Part shown: one piece after another, positions 49,301 through 57,198 of the stretch | Numbering within the stretch: position 1 is the stretch's first letter | How the letters are laid out: each line of letters opens with the position of its first letter | DNA from: Candidatus Multivorans sp. | GTDB lineage: Bacteria > Acidobacteriota > Thermoanaerobaculia > Multivoradales > Multivoraceae | DNA length: 64,000 nucleotides | Assembly (NCBI GenBank): GCA_965224025.1 | Contig: OZ245033.1 | Span: 3,264,001 to 3,328,000, forward strand | Reading direction: 5' to 3' | Made by a program: the position numbers and the translations under genes | The notes under the pieces: generated by a model | The model's input: the letters and a program-made list of their open reading frames with translations, nothing else | Database searches by the model: none | Told to the model about the DNA's origin: nothing

Positions 49301-49348
49301 GCGCGGGAGTCCATGCCCGAGCGCCAGACGGCGTTCCTGATCCTTCAT
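43304..49348 (-). CDS. Giant (2014 aa) STAND/AAA+-type ATPase with coiled-coil N-terminus and a second, degenerate NTPase module
   Basis: VPPEMFFGRE, Walker A GGRQLGKT (45335-45358), Walker B LLLLFDEAD (45065-45091), VVFAG; later VLVCGPEAAG and GGWPIL; GGAGG SD at 49357-49361. Confidence 0.85.
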   Translation of the reverse strand: MKDQERRLALGHGLPRCLTGLAKLQRPLYLNRAKRRRLLDREFVRARIGDLGPDSGKPGDYDRRRMFAFYGNPAHRRELWKTWLDGPNAEGAPNSKTPPSLEINVLRKYFDEASSETAEAAAGGNDKPPDRARLRETATELLQGLEDWPSLATAEREWKTVELFCLATVLDDHGILHKAGSRVPELQEEYAEVLAPEPVNEQSHGEVPAPAEEQDQTSASGADFVSRDSDGAAPSEGGAATEAAWREGLQSLAAIATEATEKPPALDVLDELRQAIADLEEIEERVEQIQKAKTATEELQSLARTLVDRIEREPASEEVDPEELERLRGAWLGIPALNPTRAGAETERLRSEVGQLVENLRQSDTQHREVEDRLDTLRANRPSDRQALRGWRDERDDLREEATRRRRERRAAEDALIEALAPAFDAGEPEPAEGETTRPVATGVDPPSDGDGGEPTDSKAPEEPTVAASPVAAEETGAPSVTEEDSVPAEEQPAAPPSPEWDQAEAVPKTDEPGVHVDAREAVARAFAADPPRLAYATHVCRLLEELGIDAGLPQAALLEAALYASRFARPNSRLSAEYELAIEEAPSAEALTDRESDSINAEALISFAAAMPAVLLAPYSGATSLLQDLVHEGLDPLYRFAQEIAARSWEVQKARIDAETLLHTARDQATHKDALLKLLQDVDAWREGPAKSPLSYTPANKVWRALSTSGELGRLVEAIRTQGGHGEVRRLLAELEDESHLRKIVDRLAHEVLSHGQSVDTKIFRQFRRHLREPLELSRRYLSMEAAPEAGGGHLKKVIDDLVGALRRGSPTLQSALGTIAAEHRQHALTRAASSVALRSLRLVDQLVDPATVGPQADEPDPRPLLASGLFGFPDLRIDERGLVEGDPEAALDVLLNAEPLPLNEALARNIESGETNTARHILDWLTTEGDMKNGAVDSWKQRIHGTQQEQLDSLRTELEEVRDRLDLAFAQGQIEQEQRTDLEARLDSVERVVREETAVRFNHENGELNSVRGELEAASQASLSAARAEAHAAYPDADDPRRVRIERHIDDGDLVTAYELLHRSGDDHAAFGDERAKRPSLRDTHRTIGRKRLREIGEDWPNLRDSAKQGKRLGPLRFDRLDQNERASAATLLDGWSALKRCRPTDRQAIGKATRGLFSNLGGFLDVSVHVEQASGEFASARMTASALRSRNDCPVPHFGSEANGNYRLLIFFRPPTAETILQRLQQAGREAVIAICLNPVGERTHMRLARLSDEQSLTLVTLDEPLLIFMAAQSGSRLAAFFACALPFTWNQPFVPRAGRVPPEMFFGREAEVTEIQDFERGSCLVYGGRQLGKTALLRHVEREFMNPAEGRFAAWIDLKAEGVGEEHTSDIWVAMWRALRRIDAIDESTRQPTRRNVDAFRDALLRQFNRTAGKSLLLLFDEADRFLQRDAMNSSRETFAESTRLKSLMDEDRSIKVVFAGLHNVVRTTTQSNHPLAHMERPIGIGPFIEREERGFAHELLCAPLDACGYRFEPTRLATSVLARANYYPSLLQIYGATLVNRLSAPSASTGSPVRAIGPDLLEALQRDRELGREIRQRFEWTLQLDPRYEAIAYTVAFACLEDRDLLRKGIGDDRVLRHVRVWWPQGFEESDRESEHFRALLDEMVELGVLRRTYGGTDRRRFSLRNPNVLSLLGRKDDIEERLASFEKRPASPEPGPFEIRRRHDDKGPRSRPLTLWQERRISGHGDSAHRLARQRGNAVVLVCGPEAAGLGNVASFLQWGKERGEAILLEPTPSVDDFRKELKRRLDARGHETTLIIVPGGWEGQWVDEALRLLGNLRSREKFARVVFALDPGQLVSHQNAMDGWLAQGDVDLVSLRPWDPGFAAVCLDEDSAVGKKLKPEDEMQLANNAGGWPILIELIVQRLQGDTKPSDLVDPSGFDRVLTESADRLRPAFGLDLHPLSETLRLLDAHGSANLESLLDPETRDLIDCELNDDELRSALWVAEKLHLVRRSDADDWQIDPVVRKLL

Positions 49349-49550
49349 CGGTGGGGCCTCCAGAGGGAAGCAGCGACTCTACACCGGTGATGGACGAATC
49401 AGGTCGAGGCTCGACTCACGTGAGCCTACCGGGGGGCATGATTCGGACCCATGAGCGGTACTGTGATCGGTCGGCAGACAGAGTTCCGGGCCAAGCGCCC
49501 CTGGCTTCGTGGCTGCTAACCGACCCTGGTGGGGAGGTGCGATCGCCCGG

Positions 49551-49572
49551 CCCGACCGCAGGGCCTGTCGGG
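49551..49572 (-). terminator. Hairpin directly after the nfuA stop
   Basis: CCCGAC...GTCGGG inverted repeat; no U-tract. Confidence 0.3.
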
Positions 49573-49573
49573 G

Positions 49574-50140
49574 CTACGGCGCGTAGTACGGGTTCGTGCC
49601 CGCGGCGTGGTCGGTCGTGTCCAGCACGCGAGTGACGGACGGTACGGCTTCGAGGATCGCCTGCTCGACTCCCTGCTTCAAGGTGAGGTCAGCCATGCCG
49701 CAGCCCTGGCAGCCGCCGCCCATGGTGATGAACGCGGTCTCCTCCTTGACCTCGAGCAGGGTGACGAAGCCGCCGTGAGCGGCGATCTGCGGGTTGATCT
49801 GGTCGTCGAGGATGCGCTGGACGTCGGCCGCCGCCGAGTCGCCCCAGGCCGAGTTCGGGTTCTCGAACTTGAAACCGCTCTCGGACAGGCGGGTGACGAA
49901 ATCGATCGTGACGCCATCGAGGTCCGGGGCGCTCTCGGAGTCGACGTAGACCTTGAACGTATCGGTTTCCACCACCTCGTCGCCGGGCCGGGTCTCGTCG
50001 AGTCCGACCAGGTCCATCTGGTAGCGGAAGCCGCCGCCGGTGCGGCCGGTGATCGCGATGCGGAGGGCGAGGTCGTCGCGCTCTTCGTCCTTCATCGCTT
50101 CGGCGACCTTCTTCTGTGCCAGTTCGGTGATCGTTAGCAT
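49574..50140 (-). CDS. nfuA: Fe-S biogenesis protein NfuA
   Basis: Degenerate A-type domain plus NifU-like INPQIAAHGG...GGGCQGCG. Confidence 0.92.
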   Translation of the reverse strand: MLTITELAQKKVAEAMKDEERDDLALRIAITGRTGGGFRYQMDLVGLDETRPGDEVVETDTFKVYVDSESAPDLDGVTIDFVTRLSESGFKFENPNSAWGDSAAADVQRILDDQINPQIAAHGGFVTLLEVKEETAFITMGGGCQGCGMADLTLKQGVEQAILEAVPSVTRVLDTTDHAAGTNPYYAP

Positions 50141-50190
50141 GCGCCACATTCTAGCCCCAGAATCCACTTAGCCGAAGGAGTACCCGCGCC

Positions 50191-50982
50191 ATGAGTTTCG
50201 AGCACATCCTGCTGGACCACCAGGGCCCGATCACGCGGTTGACCCTGAACGTGCCGTCGCAGTTGAACGCGATGACGCCGGCCATGGGCGCTGAGATCAG
50301 GGACGCCGTACGACTGACCAATGACCGGGGCGAAACCCGGGTGGTCATCGTGCGCGGCGCCGGCCGCGCGTTCAGCGCCGGCGGCAGCCTGAAGAGCATC
50401 CAGGAGGAAGTGAGCGAGGATCCTGGCGCGGGCCCGGGCCTCGGCGGCGGCGTGAACTTCTACCGTCTTTACCTCTCGGTTCGCGACCTCGAGGCGCCGT
50501 CGATCGCGGCGATCAACGGCCACGCGATCGGCGCCGGCCTGTGCTTCGCGCTCGGCTGCGACATGCGGGTCATCAAGACCGGTGCGCGGGTGGGGATGAC
50601 CTTCGTGCGGCTCGGGATTCACCCGGGCATGGCGGCGACCTGGACGCTCCCGCGCCTGATCGGCCCCGCCCGCGCCGCCGAACTCCTGTACAGCGGTCGG
50701 CTGATCGACGCAGGCACGGCGGTCGAATGGGGCATCGCCAGTCGAGAGGCGGACGAGGACTTCGACCAGGTCGTCGAGGACCTTGCCATGGAAATCGCGG
50801 CGGCCGGCCCGGTGGCGGTGAAGGCGACGAAGCGGACCGCGCGCGGCACCTTCGAGCGGACGATCGACGAGGCGCTGGACCTGGAGAACGCGGAGCAGGT
50901 GGTCACATTCGGCACGGCCGATGCGCGCGAGGGGGTTCAGGCTCTGAGCGAGCGGCGATCGCCCCATTTCGTGGGCCGGTGA
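50191..50982 (+). CDS. Enoyl-CoA hydratase/isomerase family
   Basis: AFSAGG, IAAINGHAIGAG, LGIHPGM. Confidence 0.92.
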   Translation: MSFEHILLDHQGPITRLTLNVPSQLNAMTPAMGAEIRDAVRLTNDRGETRVVIVRGAGRAFSAGGSLKSIQEEVSEDPGAGPGLGGGVNFYRLYLSVRDLEAPSIAAINGHAIGAGLCFALGCDMRVIKTGARVGMTFVRLGIHPGMAATWTLPRLIGPARAAELLYSGRLIDAGTAVEWGIASREADEDFDQVVEDLAMEIAAAGPVAVKATKRTARGTFERTIDEALDLENAEQVVTFGTADAREGVQALSERRSPHFVGR

Positions 50983-51067
50983 GCGACCCCGCAACCGCGG
51001 CGAGGCCCAGGCTCCTCGGGGACTGTGCGGTCCCGCGTTCGGCGTGGGCGAAGAGTAAGCTACCGCG

Positions 51068-51877
51068 ATGCCCACCGCGGCGGCGCTGATCATCGGGAAC
51101 GAAATCCTCACCGGCAAGGTCGAGGAGGCGAACCTGACCCTTCTGGCGCGGGAGTTGTTCGGCCTGGGAATCGAGTTGCGGCGGGTGGTCGTCTGTCCGG
51201 ACGACACCGCCGGCATCGCGGCCGACATTCAGAGGCTCAGAGGCCGTTTCGACTACGTGATCACGTCGGGCGGAGTCGGTCCGACCCACGACGACGTCAC
51301 TCTCAAGGCAGTGGCTGACGCTTTCGACCGGCCCCTGGTGCGCTCTCCGGAACTGGTGACCAAGATCCGCGAGATGGTGGGGGCACGCTGCACCGAGGGT
51401 CACCTTCGAATGGCCGACGTGCCCGAAGGCGCCGACCTGGTCAACACTCCGGACGTGCCATGGCCTTCGGTGGTGATGGGCAACGTCTACGTGTTGCCCG
51501 GGGTGCCGCGGATCTTCCGCATGAAACTGCCCCTGCTGCGTGACCGGTTGGCGGCCGGCCGGCGGTTCTACAGCCGCGCCGTCTACACACTGTGCCGCGA
51601 GACGGACATCGCCGAGATGCTCGATTTGGTTGTTGCCGCTCACGCCGACGTCGAGATCGGCAGCTATCCAGTGATGGACGGGGACTACCGGGTCAAGCTG
51701 ACGGTCGACAGCCGCAGCCGCGCCGCCGCGGACCTTGCCGTGGAAGCCCTGGTGGCGGCCTTGCCGAGCGGCGCCGTGGTGCGCGTGGAGGGCGGCCGTT
51801 TCTCGTCGGGACCGGCCGCGGCTGCAGGTAGTGCAGGTAGTTGCAGGGAACAGGTAACGACGAAGGGGAAGCCATGA
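51068..51877 (+). CDS. CinA-like molybdopterin-binding-fold protein
   Basis: IIGNEILTG, SGGVGPTHDDVT, LPGVP. Confidence 0.88.
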   Translation: MPTAAALIIGNEILTGKVEEANLTLLARELFGLGIELRRVVVCPDDTAGIAADIQRLRGRFDYVITSGGVGPTHDDVTLKAVADAFDRPLVRSPELVTKIREMVGARCTEGHLRMADVPEGADLVNTPDVPWPSVVMGNVYVLPGVPRIFRMKLPLLRDRLAAGRRFYSRAVYTLCRETDIAEMLDLVVAAHADVEIGSYPVMDGDYRVKLTVDSRSRAAADLAVEALVAALPSGAVVRVEGGRFSSGPAAAAGSAGSCREQVTTKGKP

Positions 51878-54825
51878 TCGAGCGAAGTGTTCTTCCGATG
51901 TCCCGCAGACCGGGCTTGTCCCGGGTGGCGGTGAACACCGCGCTGCTTACCGCCTGGGTGTGTTCGCTTGGGCTCGGCGCCGCCGTCGCGCGGCAGGAAG
52001 CGGCGGAGGTCGGCGGCGACTGGACCTACGAGCTGACCGAGGTCCTGCCCCAGGATCCGGCGGTGCTGACCGGTCAACTGGAGAACGGTCTTCGCTACTA
52101 CGTGCGCAGCAACGGCCGGCCTGAGAACCGGGCCTTTCTGCGACTGGTCGTGCGCGCCGGTTCGGTGCTCGAGGACGACGATCAGCGCGGTCTGGCGCAC
52201 TTCGTCGAGCACATGGCGTTCAACGGCACCAGGAACTTCGAGAAGACCGAGCTGCTCGACTATCTGCAGGGCATCGGCATGCGTTTCGGGCCGGACGTCA
52301 ACGCTTACACGAGCTTCGACGAGACGGTCTACATGCTCGAGGTGCCGACCGATGACCCGAGAATCCTCGACAAGGCGCTCCTGGTGCTCGAGGACTGGGC
52401 GTCCGGCGTCAGCCTGGAGGACGAGGAGATCGAGAGCGAGCGCGCGGTCGTGATCGAGGAATGGCGGGGAGGCCGGGGCGCCGGCGCGCGGCTGCGCGAT
52501 GCCGAGATTCCGTACCGCTTCCACGGCTCGCGCTACGCCGAGCGGTTGCCGATCGGCGACCCGGAGATGCTGCGAGAAGCGCCGCCGGAGCGGCTGCGGG
52601 ACTTCTACCGCGACTGGTACCGGCCGGATTTGATGGCGGTGATTGCGGTCGGCGACTTCGACGCGGCGGCGATTGAGGCGGAGGTGCGCCAGCGCTTCGG
52701 GACGCTCAAGGGGCCGGATCGGCCGCGGGAGCGGTTCGAGGCGGAGATTCCCTCCCACGAGGAGACGCTGGTGTCGATCTTCAGCGATCCCGAACTGCCG
52801 CGCTCCTCGATCTCGGTCGCCTACAAGGGCCCTGCGGATCCGTTCGTCACCGTCGCCGATTACCGCGCGCGGCTGGTCCGCGGCCTCTACAACGGGATGC
52901 TGAACAACCGGCTCGCCGAGCGGGCCGAGGAGGCCGATCCGCCGTTCATCGGCGCCACCAGCGGCAGGGGAACGCTGGCCCGGACCCGCAGCCTCTACGT
53001 GCTCTCAGCCGGCGCCCGCGAGGGCGGCGCGGTGCGGGCGCTCGAAGCCGTACTGACCGAGTCGGAGCGGGCCCGCCGCCACGGTTTTGAAGAGAGTGAA
53101 CTGGAACGGGCGAAGGTCAACACGCTGCGGTCGATGGACCGGGCCTACGACGAGCGCGACAAGACACATTCGGGGGCCTACGCCGGTGAGTACTCGCGGA
53201 ACTTCCTGACCGATGAGCCGTTTCCGGGCATCGCCTACGAACGGGAACTGGCGCGGCGGTACGTGCCCGAAGTCGAGCTGGCCGAAGTGAACGCGGCCGC
53301 GGACTCCTGGATACACGACAACGACCGCGTGATCCTTGCCAGCGGCCCGGAGAAGGAGGGCCTCGAGCAGCCCAAGGAGGAGGAGCTGCTGGACGCCTTC
53401 GACCGGGTCGAACAGGTCGAGGTGGCGGCCTACGAAGACGATGTCGGCGAAGGCGCCCTGGTGCCCGTCCGACCGTCACCGGGACGGATCGTCGAGCGGT
53501 TGACGATCGAGGAGCTCGAGGTCACCGAGTGGCGGCTCTCGAACGGCATCCGGGTCGTGCTGCGGCCCAGTGACTTCAAGAACGATGAGATTCTGGTCGC
53601 TTCCTTCAGCCCTGGGGGCATTTCCCTGGTCTCGGACGACGACTGGCTCGAAGCGAACATGGCGACCTCCGTGGCCCAGCTCTCCGGCTTCGGGAACTTC
53701 AGCCTCACCCAGTTGAACAAGGCGCTGGCCGGCAAGGTGGCGCGGGTCGGTCCCGTGATCGGCCCCCTCTTCGAAGGCATCAGCGGTCGGGGCTCGCCCA
53801 AGGATCTGGAGACGCTCTTCGAGCTGATCTACCTCAGTGCGACATCACCCCGCCGCGACGCGGAGGCGTACGAGTCTTTCCTGACCCGCCAGGGCGCCCT
53901 TTTGCGCAACCAGAGCGCGATGCCGAGGTACGCCTTCTTCGAGGCCCTGACGGAGATCGCGACGCAGGCGCACCCGAGGCGCCGCATGATCACCGAGGAG
54001 ATGCTGGCGGAACTCGATCAGGATCGCATCTTCGCGGTCTACGAGGACCGGTTCAGGGACTTCTCCGACTTCACGTTCTTCTTCGCCGGCAGCTTCGAAC
54101 TCGACGCGATCGAACCCCTGGTCGAGACCTGGCTCGGCGGCCTTCCGTCCTCGGGCCGCGAGGAAGCCTGGAGAGACGTCGGCGTGAGGACGCCGGAGGG
54201 GCGCATCGAACGGACTGTGTACAAGGGCCTGGAGGCGCAGAGCCAGGTCGCCCTGGTGCATAGCGGCCCCTTCGAGCAGAGCCAATTGAACCGCTACCGG
54301 CTGAACGCGATGATCTCGCTGCTGCGGGACCTTCTGCGTGAGCGCCTGCGGGAGGAACTCGGCGGCACCTACGGCGCGAACGTGTCCGGAGGCGCGGACA
54401 GGATCCCGGTTTCGACATTTTCGGTCCAGATCAACTTCGGCTGCGATCCCGACCGGGTCGAAGAGATGCTCCAAGCGATCGACGAGGAGATTGCCCGTAT
54501 TCGCACCGACCCGGCCACCGAGGAGGAGATCGCCCAGATCCAGGAGCAGCAGCGGCGGGGCCGCGAGACGGCCAAGGAAACCAACGGCTTCTGGTTGGGG
54601 GTGTTGCAGACCGTGTACCAATTCGGCGAGGAGCCTCTCAGCATCCTGGAGTACGAAGAACTGTTCGACCAGCTCGATGCGGACATGATCCGCGGCGCCG
54701 CCCGCGACTATCTCGGCGGTGCGAACCTGATCCAGGTTCTGCTGATGCCGGAGGCACAGGCAGCGCCGGATGAGGCGGCCGGCGGGGAAGCCGGGGCGCC
54801 GGCCGCGGCGAGGGACGCCGCGTGA
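51874..54825 (+). CDS. M16 (pitrilysin/PqqL-like) zinc peptidase, exported
   Basis: Inverted zinc motif HFVEH, NAYTSFDETVY, signal-like N-terminus. Confidence 0.93.
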   Translation: MIERSVLPMSRRPGLSRVAVNTALLTAWVCSLGLGAAVARQEAAEVGGDWTYELTEVLPQDPAVLTGQLENGLRYYVRSNGRPENRAFLRLVVRAGSVLEDDDQRGLAHFVEHMAFNGTRNFEKTELLDYLQGIGMRFGPDVNAYTSFDETVYMLEVPTDDPRILDKALLVLEDWASGVSLEDEEIESERAVVIEEWRGGRGAGARLRDAEIPYRFHGSRYAERLPIGDPEMLREAPPERLRDFYRDWYRPDLMAVIAVGDFDAAAIEAEVRQRFGTLKGPDRPRERFEAEIPSHEETLVSIFSDPELPRSSISVAYKGPADPFVTVADYRARLVRGLYNGMLNNRLAERAEEADPPFIGATSGRGTLARTRSLYVLSAGAREGGAVRALEAVLTESERARRHGFEESELERAKVNTLRSMDRAYDERDKTHSGAYAGEYSRNFLTDEPFPGIAYERELARRYVPEVELAEVNAAADSWIHDNDRVILASGPEKEGLEQPKEEELLDAFDRVEQVEVAAYEDDVGEGALVPVRPSPGRIVERLTIEELEVTEWRLSNGIRVVLRPSDFKNDEILVASFSPGGISLVSDDDWLEANMATSVAQLSGFGNFSLTQLNKALAGKVARVGPVIGPLFEGISGRGSPKDLETLFELIYLSATSPRRDAEAYESFLTRQGALLRNQSAMPRYAFFEALTEIATQAHPRRRMITEEMLAELDQDRIFAVYEDRFRDFSDFTFFFAGSFELDAIEPLVETWLGGLPSSGREEAWRDVGVRTPEGRIERTVYKGLEAQSQVALVHSGPFEQSQLNRYRLNAMISLLRDLLRERLREELGGTYGANVSGGADRIPVSTFSVQINFGCDPDRVEEMLQAIDEEIARIRTDPATEEEIAQIQEQQRRGRETAKETNGFWLGVLQTVYQFGEEPLSILEYEELFDQLDADMIRGAARDYLGGANLIQVLLMPEAQAAPDEAAGGEAGAPAAARDAA

Positions 54826-56123
54826 GCCGCATCTGCCTGCGGTCCCCGGTTCGATCCCGCCGCGCGGTTCGCGTCCTTTGTGCGTCCCTTTCGATCCTCG
54901 CCGCCGCGGCGGTCGGGGCATCGGAGTGGCCGAACTGGCGGGGCCCCGACCGCAACGGGTACAGCGCCCACACCGGTCTGCCGGTCGAGTGGTCGCACGA
55001 CGGCGAATCGGAGCGGAACATCGTCTGGAAGCTGCCGCTCCCGGATCGCTCGGGCGCCACGCCGATCGTGGTCGGCAAGCGGATCTTCCTCAACGTGGCC
55101 GAGGAGGACGATCTCTCCCTGTGGCTGGTCGACGCGGACTCCGGGGAGGTCGTCTGGCGGCGGCCGATCTCTGGCGGCAACCGGTTCCAGCGCAAGCACA
55201 ACATGTCGTCGCCGTCGCCGGTGACGGACGGCGAGCGGGTCTGGGTGCTGACCGGCACCGGCGCCCTGCAGGCCTACGACATGGGCGGCAACCGGCTCTG
55301 GGCGCGCGAACTCGAACAGGACTACGGCGCCTTCGGCCTGAACCACGGTTACGGCTCCTCGGCGCTGCTGTGGGAGGGTGTGCTCTACGTGCCTGTGCTG
55401 CACGGCATGAAGACGGACGACCCGTCCTACCTGCTGGCGATCGACGCCGATTCGGGCGAGACGATCTGGCGGCAGGAGCGCCCCACGGACGCCCGGATGG
55501 AGTCGCCGGACGCCTACATCACGCCGGCCCTGGTGGAGAGCGGCGACGGCCACGTGCTGGTCTTGAACGGCGGCGACTACGCCACCGGCCACGACCCGGA
55601 GAGCGGCCGCGAGCTGTGGCGGGTGGGAGGCTTCAACCCGAGAGACAGCCCGATGTACCGGGTCGTCGCGTCGCCTGTTTCGGTCGGCGACCTGGTGTTC
55701 GTGCCCACGCGCGTCAATCCGATGAAGGCGCTGCGGCTGGGGGACGGCGGCGAGCCGGAGACGCTGTGGCAGACGGACCGCGGACCGGACGTGCCGACGC
55801 CGGCGACCGACGGCGAGACGCTCTACCTGCTGCGGGACAACGGTCTGCTGTCGCGGCTCGATGCGGTCACGGGTGAGCCGGTCTGGAAGGACCAGCGCCT
55901 GACCCCGGGCACCTACAGCGCGTCCCTCCTGGTGGCCGACGGCAAGGTCTACGCCACCAACGAGGACGGCGTGACAACTGTCGTCCGCGACGGGCCCGAG
56001 TTCGAGATCCTGGCTCGGAACCAGGTCGAGGGCTTCACGCTGTCGTCGCTCGGAGTGGCGCCCGGCAGGCTCTATCTTCGCACGGCGAGCTTCCTGTACT
56101 GCATCGCCGAACCGGGCGGCTGA
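54822..56123 (+). CDS. PQQ-like (BamB-like) beta-propeller protein
   Basis: WPNWRGP and repeated D..SG..xW blades. Confidence 0.88.
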   Translation: MSRICLRSPVRSRRAVRVLCASLSILAAAAVGASEWPNWRGPDRNGYSAHTGLPVEWSHDGESERNIVWKLPLPDRSGATPIVVGKRIFLNVAEEDDLSLWLVDADSGEVVWRRPISGGNRFQRKHNMSSPSPVTDGERVWVLTGTGALQAYDMGGNRLWARELEQDYGAFGLNHGYGSSALLWEGVLYVPVLHGMKTDDPSYLLAIDADSGETIWRQERPTDARMESPDAYITPALVESGDGHVLVLNGGDYATGHDPESGRELWRVGGFNPRDSPMYRVVASPVSVGDLVFVPTRVNPMKALRLGDGGEPETLWQTDRGPDVPTPATDGETLYLLRDNGLLSRLDAVTGEPVWKDQRLTPGTYSASLLVADGKVYATNEDGVTTVVRDGPEFEILARNQVEGFTLSSLGVAPGRLYLRTASFLYCIAEPGG

Positions 56124-56205
56124 GGACGGCGGCTCGGCGCGGTATCATCGTTGCTTCGCCCGATCCTTCCCATGCGCCGTCAACACCCCTGAGGGGACAC
56201 CGTCG

Positions 56206-57198
56206 ATGAAGATCCGTTCGCTTGCTCCGCTTCCGGCGCTCGTCCTGCTCCTCGCCTGCGGCGGGGGAGGAGGCGGCGAGGGCGACGGCGGTTCCGGGGG
56301 GCCGCAGTTCATCAGCATGGGGACGGCGCCGGTCGGCGGCGCCTTTCCGGTCGTCGGCGGCGCGATCGCCGAGGTTCTTAACGAGAACCGCGGCGAGAAC
56401 GCGTGGAGGGTCCAGCCGCGCGGCACGAAGGGGTCGCAGGAGAACATCCGCCGGCTCGTACGGGGCGAACTGCAGCTCGCGATGTCCAACTCGGCGATCA
56501 GCTATTTCGCGGTTCTCGGGGAGTCGGGGTGGGAGCAGAGCTACGATATCCGCGCGGTTGTAACGCTGGCCCCGAACATCGCGACCTTCATCACCAAGGC
56601 CGACTCGGGCGTCATGAGCATGACCGATCTGGTGGGGCGGCGAGCGATGGTAGGGGTCGCGGGCGCCGGCTTCGAGATGTTCGTTCAACCGCTACTGGCC
56701 GCCCACGGCGTGACCTACGACGACTTCACCCAGGTCTATGGCACGCAGAGCGGCGCGGTCGATATGCTGGGCGACGGTTCGATCGATGCCGCCTTCCTTG
56801 GCGGCGCGGTGCCGACCGGAGCGGTCACCCAGGCCTGCGGCACCCACGACATCCGCTTCCTCCCCTTCGACGAAGAGAAGCGGCAGCAGCTCGCCAGGGA
56901 CTACCCCTTCTTCCAGCTCGCCGTGATTCCGGCCGACGCCTATTCCGATCTGACGGAGGACTATCCTGGCCTCAACGTCGGTTCGATGCACCTGATCACT
57001 TCCGCCGATGCCGATGAGGAACTGGTCTACGAGATGACGAAGACGATCTGGGAGAACCGTCAGGCGGTGGCCGAGAAGCACCCCGCGGGCCGGGCGATCA
57101 ACGAGAGGAACGCCGCCCGCAACACCGGCACGCCCTTCCATCCGGGGGCCGAGCGCTACTACCGCGAAATCGGCATCTGGCCCGAAGAGGCCGGTTGA
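56206..57198 (+). CDS. TAXI-family TRAP substrate-binding lipoprotein
   Basis: Lipobox LLLAC, GSQENI, PFHPGAERYY. Confidence 0.92.
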   Translation: MKIRSLAPLPALVLLLACGGGGGGEGDGGSGGPQFISMGTAPVGGAFPVVGGAIAEVLNENRGENAWRVQPRGTKGSQENIRRLVRGELQLAMSNSAISYFAVLGESGWEQSYDIRAVVTLAPNIATFITKADSGVMSMTDLVGRRAMVGVAGAGFEMFVQPLLAAHGVTYDDFTQVYGTQSGAVDMLGDGSIDAAFLGGAVPTGAVTQACGTHDIRFLPFDEEKRQQLARDYPFFQLAVIPADAYSDLTEDYPGLNVGSMHLITSADADEELVYEMTKTIWENRQAVAEKHPAGRAINERNAARNTGTPFHPGAERYYREIGIWPEEAG

